Part shown: positions 16,761 to 26,300 of the stretch, one piece after another
How positions within the stretch are numbered: the stretch's first letter is position 1
Layout: each line of letters opens with the position of its first letter
Position numbers and translations under genes: made by a program
Assembly: GCA_015232645.1 (NCBI GenBank)
Contig: JADFZF010000001.1
Span: 12,374-76,373 of the forward strand
Direction: 5' to 3'
DNA: 64,000 nt
From: Magnetococcales bacterium
GTDB taxonomy: Bacteria > Pseudomonadota > Magnetococcia > Magnetococcales > UBA8363
The notes under the pieces: model-generated
What the model was told of the DNA's origin: nothing
What the model saw: the letters and a program-made list of their open reading frames with translations, nothing else
The model's database searches: none

Positions 16761-17501
16761 TCATTTTTCCGGTTTTCGCGCAACCACCAGAACCGATACC
16801 CCGAAAGGGAGGGCCTTGCCGCGGCCAATGACATGCCCTTCCAATTTGAAAAGGGAAAACAAGGCGTTGTTGATCGGTCCGGGAGGAACGGCTCCTGAAT
16901 CATCTCCCGGGAACAGGTGCAACCATCGTTTCATGAGACGAATAACGAAAATGGGAACAAACAAAAACATATTAAAATAGGTAGAAAAATGCACCTCGAG
17001 GCCTGCCGCCGTCAGGCTGGAAACGAGTTGGGAGGCGGTGTAACGCCGATGGTGATGGGACATCACATCGTGGCTGGACCAAAGAAAGTCGAATGCCGGG
17101 GCGGTAATCACCAGCCACCCTCCAGGAAGCATTCGTCGAGAAAGGGCGGCAATGGCTTCACGGTCCGATTTGATTTCGGCAAGAACATCCAGAAGGGTGA
17201 TCAGGTGAAACCTCTGATCGGCAAAAGGGATGGTTCCGGGGAGAGAACCATGAGCCACGATGACATCGGATTTCTTGCGCACGGTTTGCAGGGCAAACTC
17301 ATTGTTATCCATGCCCCAAACCTGGCCGAATTCAGACAATACCGGCAGATTGGCTCCGGTTCCACAACCCACATCGAGAATCTGCGGATGATCCGGCAAT
17401 GCCAGGGTGGAAATAAGCCGCAGCAAAATGGCCCTTCTGCCACGGAACCACCAGTGGCGGTCTTGAACCTCGGCCATGGTCACATAGTTTTGATGGTCCA
17501 T
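16761..17501 (-). CDS. Class I SAM-dependent methyltransferase
   Basis: Motif I ILDVGCGTGANLPVL; 246 aa. It lies 6 nt downstream of the preceding radical SAM gene. Confidence 0.8.
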   Translation of the reverse strand: MDHQNYVTMAEVQDRHWWFRGRRAILLRLISTLALPDHPQILDVGCGTGANLPVLSEFGQVWGMDNNEFALQTVRKKSDVIVAHGSLPGTIPFADQRFHLITLLDVLAEIKSDREAIAALSRRMLPGGWLVITAPAFDFLWSSHDVMSHHHRRYTASQLVSSLTAAGLEVHFSTYFNMFLFVPIFVIRLMKRWLHLFPGDDSGAVPPGPINNALFSLFKLEGHVIGRGKALPFGVSVLVVARKPEK

Positions 17502-17507
17502 GGGGCC

Positions 17508-18614
17508 TTAGGGATCCTTGATCCAGGGAGAACGTTTATAAAGAGGCAACAGGTAGAGATTGGAGAAGGTATTATAGGTCCAGCAGAGGCAGCGGTTGTT
17601 TTTGGAACGCAATTTTTTTTGATAATCACAGGTTTCCAGGCTGCGCCATATTTCCAAGATCGATTTTTCGCGAATATTGCCCAATACATAATGGCCAGGA
17701 CAGCTGCCGACGGCACCGTAAGGGCTGATTTCAAGAAAAAATGAAGAGAGGAACAGGCAACGAAATCCGCCTGAATCGAACAATTCGAACGGATGAAAAA
17801 TGAAATCGGCCATGCGTTGATAGTAGGGCGAGCGAAAGGTGGGCCAACGATTGGCCAGTTCCGTCATAACGGCACGGAAATCGGCCTCATCTTCCGGTTG
17901 GAACAATAAAGAATCTTCCCCCGCCTTGATCTGATGGACCAGATTGTCCTGAATTGGTTGAAATTCCACCGTATCCGCCAGGGGCTGAAAGGTATCCACC
18001 CATTGGGGAATTTCGCGAAAATTTTTTCTGGACAAGACCGCCTTGACCACCAGCTTGGGAGTTTTCCCGCGCCCACGGAGCCTGCGGATCGATTCGATCC
18101 CGGCCATGGATTTTTGGAAGGATCCGGGTACCCCACGAATGTAATCATGTTCTTCGGGGCGAAAGCTGTCCATGCTAATGGAGATGGAGTCGAGCTTGAT
18201 GGCAACCAACTCTTCGGCAAAGCGGGGCAGCAGAACACCATTGGTGCATAGGTTAACCCGTTTTCCCCCATTTTTAAGATTGCGAAGAATTTCCCTGATC
18301 TTGGGCAGCATCAGAGGCTCTCCACCGGAGATGGTCACCCCAAAGGCGTCGGTGGCCAACATTTGCTCCACCAATTGCAGCTGTTCGCTATCGTTGAGTT
18401 CCCGGGCAAGATCTTCCTTGGAGGTGCGCGACCACACCCAGTCACAGTGGAGACATTTGCGATTGCAACCGTAGGTGGTAATCCAAAGAATGTAGAAAGG
18501 AGAGCCATAATTCGGTCTTTGGGTCATCAGGCTCAAAAAATTTCCCCAGGCCGAGCGCATCATGCGGGGAAGATTGCTCAGGGTGAGCAGTTCGGCCATG
18601 CTTTTGAGAGACAT
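17508..18614 (-). CDS. Radical SAM enzyme with a C-terminal SPASM/twitch-like Cys cluster
   Basis: The CxxxCxxC motif sits in TTYGCNRKCLHCDW. A C-terminal Cys-rich stretch follows: GSCPGHYVLGNI...TCDYQ...NNRCLCW. Confidence 0.75.
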   Translation of the reverse strand: MSLKSMAELLTLSNLPRMMRSAWGNFLSLMTQRPNYGSPFYILWITTYGCNRKCLHCDWVWSRTSKEDLARELNDSEQLQLVEQMLATDAFGVTISGGEPLMLPKIREILRNLKNGGKRVNLCTNGVLLPRFAEELVAIKLDSISISMDSFRPEEHDYIRGVPGSFQKSMAGIESIRRLRGRGKTPKLVVKAVLSRKNFREIPQWVDTFQPLADTVEFQPIQDNLVHQIKAGEDSLLFQPEDEADFRAVMTELANRWPTFRSPYYQRMADFIFHPFELFDSGGFRCLFLSSFFLEISPYGAVGSCPGHYVLGNIREKSILEIWRSLETCDYQKKLRSKNNRCLCWTYNTFSNLYLLPLYKRSPWIKDP

Positions 18615-18668
18615 AGATCCCTCCCTTCGGTCCCAGGCGTTGAGCTGATTCAGAGGCTCTTGGGGGAA

Positions 18669-19937
18669 TTATTTGCCCTGTTGAAGAAATGCAAGCACGA
18701 TCCTGGCCATTTCCTCGATCCGCTGCGGCGGAATCGTTGGATGAACTGGCAAAAAGTGGACCTCCTGTACCGCTTGTTGGGCGTAGGGAGTTGGACGGGC
18801 AATATCGGCAAAGATGGGCAGAGTGCTGCAGCAGGGGAGCAAGGTGGTGGTCAGGTCCACGCCCCTCAAAGCCATGAATCGACGAAATTTCGCCCCCTCG
18901 GGAGCCCGGAACGGAAAGCGCCAGTAGACATTGTATGAACCCGGCAGCAGCTTTACAAGTCGTTCAGGGACCACCTGCCCCAGGTGATCCAGGAGAATCT
19001 GGGCATTGCGACGCCGTCGTTGATCCCAATCGTCAATGCGCGACAGGCATTTCAATCCCAGGCCTGCCTGGAGAGATGTGAACCGCCACAACCATTGGGG
19101 CGGCAATTCCTGCAGACGCCATACGTTGGGATTGTCGGTTTGCAATTTACGGATGGTCTCCGGGCTGCGCTGCCCAAGCCAACGAATGACCGGAAACGTG
19201 GACCACGAAAACAACAAGGGATGAGTGGCCAGATTGACGATCAGGTTACGGATCAGGATGGTCGCCAGATGGCGTTTGTTGACCTGAGGAAGTCTCCTGG
19301 CTTGCTGCCGGACCTGGGCGATCAGTTGAGAGTCCTTGGCAATCACCATCCCTCCATACCCGGTCGAGACGGTTTTCAAGGAAGAGAGGGAAAAAAAACC
19401 TGCGTCGCCAAACGTTCCCAATTTTTTTCCATCCCATGCCGCATTGAAGGCATGCGAACAATCCTCAAGTAAAACAAGACTATGCCGATGACACACCCTC
19501 TGGATGGCGTCCATGTCGGTGGCCAAACCGAACAGATGCGTGACCAGGACGACGCGGGTATAAGGTGTCACCGCCTGTTCCAGGCGCTGAGGATCCATTT
19601 GATAAGTCAAGGGATCAATGTCCACGAATACCGGCTTGAGGCCGGCGATGAGCAGGACATTGACAATGTCGTGGATGGTGACGGGCGTCATGACGATTTC
19701 ACTGCCGGCGGGCAAGCGAAGCGCCATGACCAAATGGTACAGGGCCATTCTGGCATAGGGCTCTGCCACCGCCTGCTCGACCCCCATCATATCGGCAAAG
19801 GCACGCTCGAAGGCATCTACCTGATGTTCGACATTTTCGGCAGCGGTCGCCAAATTGGCGAGCCCGGCGATGATCTCAGGCAGCTGCAGATAGATCCGAG
19901 TACGGGGAATCCTGTCGTACCAAGGCAGGGTGGTCAT
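18669..19937 (-). CDS. DegT/DnrJ/EryC1/StrS-family PLP-dependent aminotransferase
   Basis: 422 aa. EDCSHAF and FFSLSSLKTVSTGYGGMV (PLP-lysine context) are typical of sugar/aminocyclitol aminotransferases. Confidence 0.8.
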   Translation of the reverse strand: MTTLPWYDRIPRTRIYLQLPEIIAGLANLATAAENVEHQVDAFERAFADMMGVEQAVAEPYARMALYHLVMALRLPAGSEIVMTPVTIHDIVNVLLIAGLKPVFVDIDPLTYQMDPQRLEQAVTPYTRVVLVTHLFGLATDMDAIQRVCHRHSLVLLEDCSHAFNAAWDGKKLGTFGDAGFFSLSSLKTVSTGYGGMVIAKDSQLIAQVRQQARRLPQVNKRHLATILIRNLIVNLATHPLLFSWSTFPVIRWLGQRSPETIRKLQTDNPNVWRLQELPPQWLWRFTSLQAGLGLKCLSRIDDWDQRRRRNAQILLDHLGQVVPERLVKLLPGSYNVYWRFPFRAPEGAKFRRFMALRGVDLTTTLLPCCSTLPIFADIARPTPYAQQAVQEVHFLPVHPTIPPQRIEEMARIVLAFLQQGK

Positions 19938-19959
19938 GGACCATGACTCCGCAGGTCAC

Positions 19960-22050
19960 TTATCCCTTTGAGGTGAATACAAACACACCATCCCAATCTG
20001 CGGGCGGCGGATTGTCCAGATATTCCTTGCAACGTTCAACATAGGTGGAACTCGGACCGTCGTCGGGGATGACGGCCAGAGCCTTTTCAAACAACCCGAT
20101 GGCCTCTTTGTATTGCCGCGCCCGATAGCGTTCCAGACCAGCATTATAGTGTTGCAGAAGCTCAGCCAGTTTTCCGGTCACCTCTCCTTTTTTGCCCAGG
20201 AGTTGATAGATGGTCACCGGTTCCTTTTTGCCGATCACCCGCACTGTATCCAGAACCCGGCAGTCGATATCGTCCTTGGCCAGGTTGTAGGTGGTGTCGG
20301 ATATCATGGTATCGGAAGCGTAAAACTTGTTGGCCCCTTCCAGCCGCGAGGCCAGATTGACCGCGTCGCCCATGATGGTGTAGTCCATACGCTGCTTGGA
20401 ACCCATGTTGCCCACCACCATGGGTCCCGAATTGATTCCCATGCGGACCCGTAGTTGAGACTTGCCCTCCTTGGCCAGCCGTTCGCGCATTTTCACCATG
20501 TATTGTTGCATTTCGATGGCCGCATGGCAGCACATGGTGGCATGTTTGGGTTGATCCAGGGGCGCCCCCCAGAAAGCGATGATGGCATCACCTTCAAACT
20601 TGTCTACCGTACCGTCGAACCTGGCGATAATTTCGCACATGGCAGTCAGATAGTCATTCAGCAACAGCACCAATTCCGATGGCGTCAATTTTTCCGAAAT
20701 GGAAGAAAACCCGGCCACGTCGGAAAAAAAGGCAGTCATGACCCGTTCTTCACCGCCCAATCTGAGTTTGGAGGGGTCCTTGACCAGGATCTCGACGACG
20801 TGGGGTGACAGATATTGCCCAAATGCTCCTTTGATCATCTTCTTCTGACTCATTTCCAAAAGATAATAGCGGGTGTTGATAACCGAAAAGCTCAAAATGG
20901 CCGCCACCAGACCATAAGACATAGAAAAAACCATACCCAGTTTGACATAGGACACGGTCAACCCGAGACTCCAGACGAAAACGATCGCGAGCGCCAATAG
21001 AACACGTAAGGTCGGGTGTTTGATGACCCCCAATACCATCATACCCGCCATCAAGACCAGAGCCACGATAGTCTCCTGGCCAATGGTTGCCGGCCGCAAT
21101 GTCCCACCCTTCAGCATGGTTTGGATGGCATCGGCGATGATTTCCACGCCGTAGACCATTCCCACGGGAGTGTCGAACCAGTCATGGGAAACTTCCGAGG
21201 TGTCCCCAAGCAAAACAATTTTATCTTTGACAGCAAAGCCTAATTCATAGAGATCTTCTTCGCTTTTGCCTTCAATTTTCAAAAAATCCAAGGCCGAAAA
21301 TCCGGCCGATTGACTTAAGAAACGGCTACCTGGCGGAAGGACTGGAAAATCGATGTGAATGTTGTTTGCATGGTCGAGTGGTACGCTCAGACCGGGACCA
21401 AACCGTAGTACCCCTGGCCCAAGTTCAGGTTCAACCCCCAGGTACATCGCCAAGGCTTTAACAGCATAAGGCCAAGTCTTGGCTTTAGAGGCGATTTCTG
21501 GATACACCCTTAAACGGGATAAGCTTGTCACGACACTGCTTTGTGAACCAATATTGGTGTAACCATTCTGGGAAACGGCTGCCAACTCCGCCGTGGGCGG
21601 GTTGAGGCGTTCGAAGGTCCCATTGCGGATATCCGCCTGGGAGACCAGCAATACCGGGCCTCCCTTTTTGAAGGAGTCGGCCGTCGGTTTGTCCTCATTG
21701 TATGAGCTGGGAAAATCCATCAACAGGTCGATGGCGATCACCCGGGCTCCCAATGTTTTCAAATTTTCGGCAATCTTGCCAATATCGGTCCGGCGCAGTG
21801 GAAAACTTTTATATTCCTTAAAAAAGGCCTCGTCGGTGTTGATCAGTACGATCTTGTCCTTGGGAAACGCCATCAACTGCTGATCGCCATAATTTTGCCG
21901 AAACAGGTGCCGCAGGGAGATGGTTTGTTCCTCCAGAAGCGAAAAGACTTCAAAATAACCTGCCGGAATCGCCAGCAGAAAAAACAGAATGGTGGCAAGG
22001 ATATCATAACGTTGTAAAATCTTGTTCATGATTCTGAAGATTCTCCCCAC
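19960..22050 (-). CDS. CHASE2 sensor-domain adenylate/guanylate cyclase (class III) with a TPR-like C-terminus
   Basis: An N-terminal TM segment is followed by a roughly 300-aa extracytoplasmic region and three TM helices. The cyclase core shows VMTAFFSDVAGFSSISE, GDAIIAFWGAP, RMGINSGPMVVGNMGS and YTIMGDAVNLASRLE. Confidence 0.85.
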   Translation of the reverse strand: MGRIFRIMNKILQRYDILATILFFLLAIPAGYFEVFSLLEEQTISLRHLFRQNYGDQQLMAFPKDKIVLINTDEAFFKEYKSFPLRRTDIGKIAENLKTLGARVIAIDLLMDFPSSYNEDKPTADSFKKGGPVLLVSQADIRNGTFERLNPPTAELAAVSQNGYTNIGSQSSVVTSLSRLRVYPEIASKAKTWPYAVKALAMYLGVEPELGPGVLRFGPGLSVPLDHANNIHIDFPVLPPGSRFLSQSAGFSALDFLKIEGKSEEDLYELGFAVKDKIVLLGDTSEVSHDWFDTPVGMVYGVEIIADAIQTMLKGGTLRPATIGQETIVALVLMAGMMVLGVIKHPTLRVLLALAIVFVWSLGLTVSYVKLGMVFSMSYGLVAAILSFSVINTRYYLLEMSQKKMIKGAFGQYLSPHVVEILVKDPSKLRLGGEERVMTAFFSDVAGFSSISEKLTPSELVLLLNDYLTAMCEIIARFDGTVDKFEGDAIIAFWGAPLDQPKHATMCCHAAIEMQQYMVKMRERLAKEGKSQLRVRMGINSGPMVVGNMGSKQRMDYTIMGDAVNLASRLEGANKFYASDTMISDTTYNLAKDDIDCRVLDTVRVIGKKEPVTIYQLLGKKGEVTGKLAELLQHYNAGLERYRARQYKEAIGLFEKALAVIPDDGPSSTYVERCKEYLDNPPPADWDGVFVFTSKG

Positions 22051-22215
22051 GGAATTTGGCGCCGAACTTGGACTGAGGACGGTTGGCCCAAGTGCGACAA
22101 TCGACGGCTGGCAACTTGTTTGGGCATGTCAAATGGATGCCTGTCGAATAAGTGAATGATAGGCAGATGTCACTATTCTATCATTTTTCTCACACTTCGG
22201 TATAACCGGAATTAT

Positions 22216-22253
22216 TTCGAAAGGAAAAGGCGTGGGGAAGACCTCCCCACGCC
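22216..22253 (-). terminator. Rho-independent terminator after the FecR-like gene
   Basis: Perfect 10-bp stem GGCGTGGGGA/TCCCCACGCC (22229-22253) with a 5-nt loop. On the minus strand it is followed by TTTTCCTTTCG. Confidence 0.65.
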
Positions 22254-22278
22254 GTGCAATCAGTGCTACCATGCAGGT

Positions 22279-23220
22279 TCAGTTGCCGGCAGACTTGTTA
22301 TATTGCAATGCCGCCTCTTTTTTCAGCTCGTTCAGCTTGAGGTCGTGATAGGTTTTGATCAGAAGCGGAAACATTTCGGTGTCACCCGGGTTTTCCTTGA
22401 AATATTTCCTGTACATGTCCATGGCAGCAACGGTCAGCCCCTTTTCGTCAAGAAAATTGGCGATCAGGAAGTCGTCGCCCGGAGTGGCGGCCTTGATTTC
22501 GGCAAGCTTCTTATTGAACTCGTCCAGTGCCGATCCTGCCAGCCAAGTCAAAGAGCGGTCGCCGTTGGGGACAAAGACGGCAGCGCCATCCTTCATGACT
22601 TCTACCCGATATTTGTGAACACCGGGGGTCAGCCCGGTCACCTTGTAGCGAATCATCTCATCCTTGCTGGCCGCCACATCCACCGTCTTATCGTCAATAA
22701 TCAGCCGATAGGAAAATTCAGGCCCGACATTGGACCATACCAAGTCAGGATGCGCCTCGGAGAGGGTGACCTCACGGATGGTGGCGAGTTTTTGATCGGT
22801 TTCCTTTTTGTCGACGCTACGGCGTACAGTCGTATAGCGTTGCGCCTCTTCGAAACGTTGGTTCATGCTCGACAATACATCACCACCCGCCTTTTGCGGC
22901 TCGGAAAGTTTGCCGGAAATCACCTTGATGGCGGCAGCGGTAATTTCCACCTCGGTGTTGGCCGCCATCGTCTGGCTGGTGCTGTTGGCTTGATTGATGA
23001 TGACTACCGAACCATCCGCCCCGGTACGCGCCTTGGTGCCGTCGAAGATGAACTTGTTGGATGTGACTTTCTTCCATTCGTTGTCCTTGTTAACTTCAAC
23101 GGTTCCCTTGACCTGGGTCAGCATCGCCACGGGTGGAGCGAGCGCCAAGGCCTGATTGGCCAATCCTAGGACAAAAATGGCCATCAGCAAGACATTGAGC
23201 TTGATCCATTGCAATTTCAT
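22279..23220 (-). CDS. Exported FecR-domain-like protein
   Basis: The start at 23220 has a strong SD (GGGAGAAGGA) and a signal peptide (MKLQWIKLNVLLMAIFVLGLANQALA). VKGTVEVNKDNEWKKV...FDGTKARTGADGSVVII...NTEVEI fits the FecR-domain pattern. The antisense 337-aa ORF was rejected. Confidence 0.7.
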   Translation of the reverse strand: MKLQWIKLNVLLMAIFVLGLANQALALAPPVAMLTQVKGTVEVNKDNEWKKVTSNKFIFDGTKARTGADGSVVIINQANSTSQTMAANTEVEITAAAIKVISGKLSEPQKAGGDVLSSMNQRFEEAQRYTTVRRSVDKKETDQKLATIREVTLSEAHPDLVWSNVGPEFSYRLIIDDKTVDVAASKDEMIRYKVTGLTPGVHKYRVEVMKDGAAVFVPNGDRSLTWLAGSALDEFNKKLAEIKAATPGDDFLIANFLDEKGLTVAAMDMYRKYFKENPGDTEMFPLLIKTYHDLKLNELKKEAALQYNKSAGN

Positions 23221-23381
23221 GATCCTTCTCCCTTTGTGATGGTAATAGCATGTACTCTGCTGCCCTTGGGGCATGCTCGTTTTTTAAGCGTATAGTTGCG
23301 GTACGCCGCGGGCTATGTGTGGATGCCGGTGAGTACCCGATTGGCTCTTGATAGTTCGCCTGTCCTGGGGTGAAAAAAAAA

Positions 23382-26300
23382 TTACTTTCCAATCAACATA
23401 AAAGCGGACCAGATATAAGGGTTGTTCCATTCGGAGCTGTGCAACATTTCCAATTGCGAATCACGCATGGCTTCGTCAACCGCTTGGCCGGCAGTCAAAC
23501 GACCGTATACCTTGGTCATCAGATTTTGTGTTCCGGCATCGCTCACTTCCCACAAGGATGCGATCAGGGATTTGACTCCTGCCTCCATGAACGCTCGCCT
23601 GAGACCGTAAACTCCTTCCCCTTCATGGATTTCCCCGAGTCCTGTTTCGCAGGCACTGAGGACGGCCAACTGCGTTCCGGTCAGGTTGAGACCCAAAACT
23701 TCAAGTGCCGTAAGAACACCGTCATTGACCGTATCCAGTTCGCCAAGGTATTGGGCATTGGCGTTGATCCCCGCAAAGGCCAAACCCGATCGTAACAATG
23801 GGTTATCTCCGGGAGGGGGCAGTTGGCCTTCGGCACCTCTTTGCAGCTTCAGCAGTCTTTTCCTGAGATTGTCGTCCGGCTTGAGGAAAAAGCCATGGGT
23901 GGCGATATGGATCATCCGCGGCGGGGATGACAGCCCCTGAACCTGCCTTTCCTGGGCATCGTTTTGGGTGAAGATTGTACTGGCTTGTCCTTTCTCCTTG
24001 ATGGTATCGGTAATCAATTTACCTTCTTTCTCGGCACCGGGCAGCGGGTCAAAATGCAATCCGCGCATGCCACTTCCCGCGCCCCGCAATCCCTGTTGCA
24101 CCGCTGCCGCCCGTTTTTGACTGACCTGGGCCAACTGACCAGGATCGACCACCTTCTTGGAATCGTAATCGGGGCCGGCGATTACCAGCATTTCCCCGGT
24201 GGCGGCAGGAATAGCGGTGGGCAGCATATCACGACTTGATGTGAGAATGTGTAGTTTTATCTTTTCGATAAGGAACTTTTTTTCAGGATCCACCAGGGCG
24301 TTGAACGGCAAAATGTTTAGAATTCCATCAGGAACCAAGTAGATGTCATCCTTTTGCCCCAAAGAGTCGGCAAAGGGTTTCCAAACCAAGTTGTAAACCT
24401 TTTGACCAAACTCCTTGACCTCGGCAGGATCCGCTTCCTCATCCTGAATCTTCGCGCGATAGTCCACGACCGCCTTTTGCACCTCGTCCAGATTGGGGTA
24501 GACCACATTGCTGAACTTCGGTTTCCCTCCCTCTACAACCATAGTACTGGCCATCAGTTTGGCAGTACCTTCCTGGTTGAAGATCAAAAAATCGACCAGG
24601 GCCGACTTGGAAGGAAGGCTGGAGACCACCTGATCGGTGTCGTACAAAAGCGTGGTATAGCGATAGTGCAGGCTGGCTTGTCCCAACTGGCGTTCGATTT
24701 CGTTGACCTTGTCTTCCAGATCGTGGATGGACCCAAGGTAGTTGTTGGGGGCCTCCGGGTTGGGGCCTGCCAGGGTCAGGGCGGCCAATTCCTTACGCGC
24801 TGCTGTCAACTGTTGGGTCAGAGCGGTCAGCTTGGGGTCTTTGGCAATCTGACTGACCTGCTGGATTTCGGAAGTGATCCGCAGCAGCAGACCTTTGCGC
24901 TGCAAGCTGGCATCGATGGCCTCCTTGCCTGCCTTTTCCGGCGACAGATGGGTTAACAGGGCCAGGTAGTCGTTGAACTCTGGTGCATGCAAACGAATAT
25001 AACCTTCACGCGCATTTTCATCCGCCACCCAGAGCATGCGATTAAAAAAATAGTTGCGCCGCTCAAAGCCTTCATGCCGCAGAGGAAAGGCCTCCTGATG
25101 ATCCCCGGCATCTTCCATGGTTTTGGCCAGGGCATTCAAGGTCTCGAAGGTGTAGGGATGCTGCTTGCCAAGCACCTCTTCGTCGAGAGCCAAAGTCATT
25201 TTCAACAAATCTCTTGCCTCTTTGGTTTTTTTCTGGGTTTGATAATAGATGGCCAGATCAAGCATGGTGCGCAAAACATCCGGATGCTTGGGACCAAGAG
25301 CCTCCTTGCGCAAGGCGAGTGCCCGCAAGAACAAGGTTTCCGCCTCCTTGAGGTGACCCGCCCGGTGTTCAGCCCGGGCAAGATTGTTCATAGCTTTTAA
25401 TGTTTTTTGATGTTTCTCTCCCAGCTCTCCCATCCAAACCGATAACACTTTCTGGAAGCCTTCGGCAGCCGTTTTATAGTCGCCTTTCAGCATGCGTAAA
25501 TAGGCCAGATTGTTGACCATGGCCACGGTGTCGGGATGAGTGGAGCCGAGCTTGGTTTCCGCAAGAGCGATGGTGCTGTTGTACAAACCTTCCGCTTTGT
25601 CAAAAAGCCCCTGGCTTTCATACAGCAAGGCGAGATTGTTCATGTTGACCAGGGTCGTGGGGTGGTCTTTCCCCAAAGCTTTTTCCGATACCTGCCACGC
25701 CTTGCGAAACATCGGCTCTGCCTGATCGTACAGTCCTTCTTCCTCCAGGGTCATGGCCAGGTTGTTCATCAAGGTGATGGTCGCTGGGTGTTCGGCCCCG
25801 AGGACCTTTTCAAAGCCCTCCAGGGCTTGGCGATAGTTTTTTTCCGCCTCGACAAAATTACCCATGCGCCGATTCAGACCGGCCAGGTTGTTCAAGGTCG
25901 TCAGAGGATTGGGATGGTCCTTGCCAAGGGTTTTGGTTTCATGTTCCAAAATTTCTTTTGTCAGTTGGATGGCTTCGTCAAAGTGTCCCAGCTCTTCATG
26001 GACCTTGGCCAGGATCGACTTGGCATTCATCCGTACTTCGATCATGTCATCGGCATTGCATTTCTTCAGCAGCTCTTCGAGTTGGGACTGAGCCTCCTTG
26101 AAGCGTCCACGCATGCGCATCAATTCCGCCTGATCGGTCAGCGTGGATAAAATATCGGCGTGGTTCTCAGGCAATGCCTCCTTTTGAATGGCAAGTGCCA
26201 GTTTGAAGCTTGATTCTGAATCTTCATACCGACCCATGGCGCTTTCCAAAACCGCCAATCGACCAAAACACCAACCGGTCTCAGGATTTTTCTTGCCGGC

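Noticed and set aside
22156-23169. 337-aa plus-strand ORF opposite the FecR-like gene
   Set aside because: The minus-strand frame has a strong SD, a signal peptide, a FecR-like pattern and a downstream terminator. The plus-strand translation looks random.
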